Positions 61,165 through 64,000 of a stretch of 64,000 bases of DNA are shown here, one piece after another. This DNA comes from an uncultured bacterium (GTDB lineage: Bacteria; Patescibacteriota; JACMRA01). The DNA lies in NCBI GenBank assembly GCA_963704645.1, contig OY969926.1, positions 384,001 through 448,000 of the forward strand, in the 5' to 3' direction. Under the pieces are notes generated by a model. It searched no databases and was not told the DNA's origin. It worked only from the letters and a program-made list of their open reading frames with translations. How positions within the stretch are numbered: the first letter of the stretch is position 1; every line of letters starts with the position of its first letter. The position numbers and the translations under genes were made by a program.

Positions 61165-61299
61165 GGTGAGAATGAGTATTTGTATCACCAACAGTGTTGA
61201 ATTATTTAGATTCTTAATTGGACGTATAGAATATATAAGTTTTATGTTTCTAATATCTGCAAAACAATTCTTTGTTTCATAAAAATTGACATTAATTCC

Positions 61300-61458
61300 A
61301 TGCCCATAAAAAATAAGCTAAAAGGTTTTAAAGAAAACTTACCAACCAAAATTTGTGCTAGTTGCGGAAGACCATTTCAATATAGGAAAAAGTGGAAACT
61401 TATTTGGGAAAAAGTTCAGTTTTGTTCCAAAGCTTGTAAGGGGAAAGGGAAGGTTTGA
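61300..61458 (+). CDS. DUF2256 domain protein (52 aa)
   Basis: LPTKICASCGRPFQYRKKWKLIWEKVQFCSKAC. Not in the ORF track. Confidence 0.85.
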   Translation: MPIKNKLKGFKENLPTKICASCGRPFQYRKKWKLIWEKVQFCSKACKGKGKV

Positions 61459-61524
61459 GCTACTCTCCAAAAAAATAAACCCAGTGCTTTAGAACTGGGT
61501 GGGTTATCCAAGGCGGATAGTTTA

Positions 61525-62145
61525 TTATGATGCTAGAAGTGCCGTTAGCTCATCTTTAGGAATTGCGCTATAAGAACATTCAGGGTCATATTGGTTTGTA
61601 ATAATCATATTTGAATTCTGTTCGTAGAAACTATACGAAAGGGGGTTTCCAATTGTGCTGCGAACGTTTGCACCTTCTTGTGTTAAAATAAGTGCAAACA
61701 TAGTTTTGCTAAACAAATTACCACGAAATACATATTGTCCATCATGGTAAAAATGTGTACAACCATCAAAAGGAACTTTCAGACCTAAACTCTCAAAAGT
61801 GTCTGCAATCCAAATTGGTTCAAGTGCCAGATAGACTCTAGTAGAATTTTCAAGATTTGAACAATCTTGAGTGCAATTCCAGGTTGCTAGCTCATCTGCT
61901 TTCAAAAAATTGATAATTAGAGATGGATCTCTAAAAAAGTTCCAATGGTTTTGGTTTAACCAATTTTCCAACTGAAAAATTTCAGACACTCCGGCCATGT
62001 TGTCACGAAGTCTTTCAACTTGTGAATAGAAATCTGACTTAAGTTGGTCGCAAATAAGTCTGTAAATTTGTCGAGCTGTTTCGAAAGCTCTATACTGCTG
62101 CTCTGCTTCTGTTTCCGTCAATTGTTTTGTCATGGTGGTTATCAC
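61525..62145 (-). CDS. Hypothetical protein
   Basis: 206-aa ORF with a downstream hairpin and T-run. Confidence 0.6.
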   Translation of the reverse strand: MITTMTKQLTETEAEQQYRAFETARQIYRLICDQLKSDFYSQVERLRDNMAGVSEIFQLENWLNQNHWNFFRDPSLIINFLKADELATWNCTQDCSNLENSTRVYLALEPIWIADTFESLGLKVPFDGCTHFYHDGQYVFRGNLFSKTMFALILTQEGANVRSTIGNPLSYSFYEQNSNMIITNQYDPECSYSAIPKDELTALLAS

Positions 62146-62248
62146 CTATAGAACTCCTCTCTAGTTACATAGAAATAATGGTTTGGCAAGTGGTTATAGC
62201 TGTTGAATATTTTTTATAAAGTCATATTTTATTCACTTGCTCCAAAAT

Positions 62249-62270
62249 GGCAACGTGGGGTCGCCGTTAC
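62249..62270 (-). repeat. REP-like element
   Basis: Minus strand GTAACGGCGACCCCACGTTGCC. Confidence 0.55.
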
Positions 62271-62327
62271 ATTTGTTTGTGAAAGACTTTCCTTGACAAA
62301 AAAAGCCCATTTGCACTTTCTTAAATA

Positions 62328-62383
62328 AGATCCCAAGACAACCGGCATTCAATTAAGTCCTGTTGTAGGTAAAATCTGGATCT
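62328..62383 (+). promoter_or_regulatory. L10 leader RNA (rplJL autogenous control)
   Basis: AGATCC...GGATCT closing stem around CCAAGAC-AACCGG...TTAA-GTCCTGTT-GTAGG, resembling the L10 leader core; TTGACA at 62293. Confidence 0.65.
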
Positions 62384-62418
62384 GAGAATTAATTTTGGCT
62401 TAGTCCAAATATATTTAT

Positions 62419-62946
62419 ATGGCTGTATCTCATAAAAAAAAGCAAGAAATTTTAGAGCTTTTAAACACCTCTGTATCTACACAAAAAGCTGTAGTTTTAA
62501 TATCTACTCTTAATGTACCTAAAAACTTAGACGCTGAATTTAACTTTAAAGTTAGAAAAGCTGCTAAGAATGAAGGAGTTACTTTAAAAGTTGTAAAAAA
62601 CACCTTAATTCAAAAAGCATTTAGCAGTGTTCCTAATTTAATTGGTCCTACTTATTTAGCTTTCCTAGATAACGCAGAACAAAGCGATGAAGTTAAAACA
62701 CCTAAAATTGTAGTAAACTTAGTTTCTAAAGAATTTAAAGAAAATTTTAATTTAATTGGTTCTATTGTTAATGGTGAATTTTACGATTCAAAACTAACTA
62801 TTCAACTTTCTAAAACTCCAAGTTTCGCAGATTCAATGGCTATGATTGCTGGTGCCTTAAATCAGGTTACTGCAAAAATTGCTATTGGTGTTAAAGAAGT
62901 TCCTGCAGGTATGGCCAGATCTATTAAAGCTATCCACCAAAATTAA
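62419..62946 (+). CDS. rplJ: 50S ribosomal protein L10
   Basis: KVVKNTL motif; precedes L7/L12. Confidence 0.9.
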   Translation: MAVSHKKKQEILELLNTSVSTQKAVVLISTLNVPKNLDAEFNFKVRKAAKNEGVTLKVVKNTLIQKAFSSVPNLIGPTYLAFLDNAEQSDEVKTPKIVVNLVSKEFKENFNLIGSIVNGEFYDSKLTIQLSKTPSFADSMAMIAGALNQVTAKIAIGVKEVPAGMARSIKAIHQN

Positions 62947-62979
62947 ATCTCAAAATCTACCCCCCAATAATTATATATT

Positions 62980-63360
62980 ATGTCCAAAATCCAAACAATC
63001 GTTGATGAACTTAAAAAATTAACACTATTAGAAGCCTCTGAATTAGTAACAGCTATTGAAACTACTTTTGGTGTTTCTGCTGCTGCTCCTGTAGCTGTTG
63101 CCGCTGCCGGTCCTGCTGCTGAAGCTGCTCCCGCCGAAGAAGAGAAATCTTCATTCAACGTTGAAATTACTGAAGTTCCAGCTGACAAGAAAATTGCAGT
63201 TATTAAAGAAGTAAAAACAATCTTGAACATTGGTCTAGGTGATGCTAAGGCTAAAGTTGACGGAGCTCCTTTCGTACTTATTGAAAATGCAAGCAAAGAA
63301 GATGCTAACAAGTACAAAGAATCTCTAAGTGCTGCTGGTGCAACTGTAGTTTTAAAGTAA
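62980..63360 (+). CDS. rplL: 50S ribosomal protein L7/L12
   Basis: FGVSAAAPVAVAAA, KIAVIKEV, GLGDAK, GATVVLK. Confidence 0.97.
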   Translation: MSKIQTIVDELKKLTLLEASELVTAIETTFGVSAAAPVAVAAAGPAAEAAPAEEEKSSFNVEITEVPADKKIAVIKEVKTILNIGLGDAKAKVDGAPFVLIENASKEDANKYKESLSAAGATVVLK

Positions 63361-63367
63361 TAATTAT

Positions 63368-64000
63368 ATGATACCCCAACTTAGCTTAATGCAATTATTT
63401 CAAGTTGGTGCCCACCGTGGTAATTCTAAATCTAAGTTAAATCCAAAACTTAAATCTAGTATTTACGGGGTAGAAAATGGTTTGTGTCTAATTAATTTAG
63501 TAGAAACCAACAAATCTATTCAAAAAGCTGCCGACTTAATCCACTCTCTTGGGTCTAAAAAGCGTCAGATTTTAGTGGTAGGAACTTCTAAACATCTTCA
63601 GAATTTAACTGTTTCCACAGCTGCTAAGTTTATTGGCTCAGCTCCATATGTAAATTTCAGATGGCTGGGTGGTAGTTTAACAAACTGGTCTACAATTAAA
63701 AAGACTTTGAAAACTTTAGAAAAACTTGAAAACATTGAACAAAACAAAGAGTTCTTTCAAAAATTAAGTAGAAACGAAAGACTTGCAATTCAAAAAGATA
63801 AAACTAAAATCAATAAATTCTTTAGTGGTTTGGTTAATCTTAAGAATAATAAGCCAGGCGCTTTGCTAGTTTTAGATGCTGCCAATCACTCTGTGCCAAT
63901 TCTAGAAGCTCAAAAAATGGGTATTCCTGTTATTGCGCTTGCTAGTACTGCTACAAAGTTCTTGCCAGAAAAATTAGACACTACAATTGTAACTAATATT
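63368..64000 (+). CDS. rpsB: 30S ribosomal protein S2, runs off the window's right edge
   Basis: MIPQLSLMQLFQVGAHRG...NPK...INL...VVGTS...RWLGGSLTNW...EAQKMGIPVIAL. Confidence 0.9.
   Translation, partial: MIPQLSLMQLFQVGAHRGNSKSKLNPKLKSSIYGVENGLCLINLVETNKSIQKAADLIHSLGSKKRQILVVGTSKHLQNLTVSTAAKFIGSAPYVNFRWLGGSLTNWSTIKKTLKTLEKLENIEQNKEFFQKLSRNERLAIQKDKTKINKFFSGLVNLKNNKPGALLVLDAANHSVPILEAQKMGIPVIALASTATKFLPEKLDTTIVTNI

Overview
AT-rich bacterial chromosome segment. The 16S signatures, gene content and small-genome-like organisation suggest Patescibacteria/CPR (inference). It holds housekeeping genes (thrS, glyS, rpmF, rpmA, rpsI, rplJ, rplL, rpsB, mutM, dprA, nrdR), an unlinked 16S rRNA gene, tRNA-Ser and tRNA-Glu, two IS elements, scattered defence genes and a dispersed REP family. 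The most interesting locus is 1-3810 on the minus strand. An unannotated leaderless leader peptide (MQIFVITTTTTQIRE) with mutually exclusive antiterminator and terminator hairpins forms an apparent threonine-sensing attenuator. Downstream lie an orphan PemK/MazF-like toxin with a candidate cis-antisense small RNA, a ThrRS with a whole HAD phosphatase inserted in its editing domain, and a DUF262 gene. Also notable are a type IIG/ISP R-M gene split at a loop by a nested AlbA/Schlafen-like gene followed by six TTACAAG motifs, a stand-alone RecG N-terminal half ending in a REP array, and widespread leaderless promoter geometry. All calls come from reading the sequence; no database searches were run.
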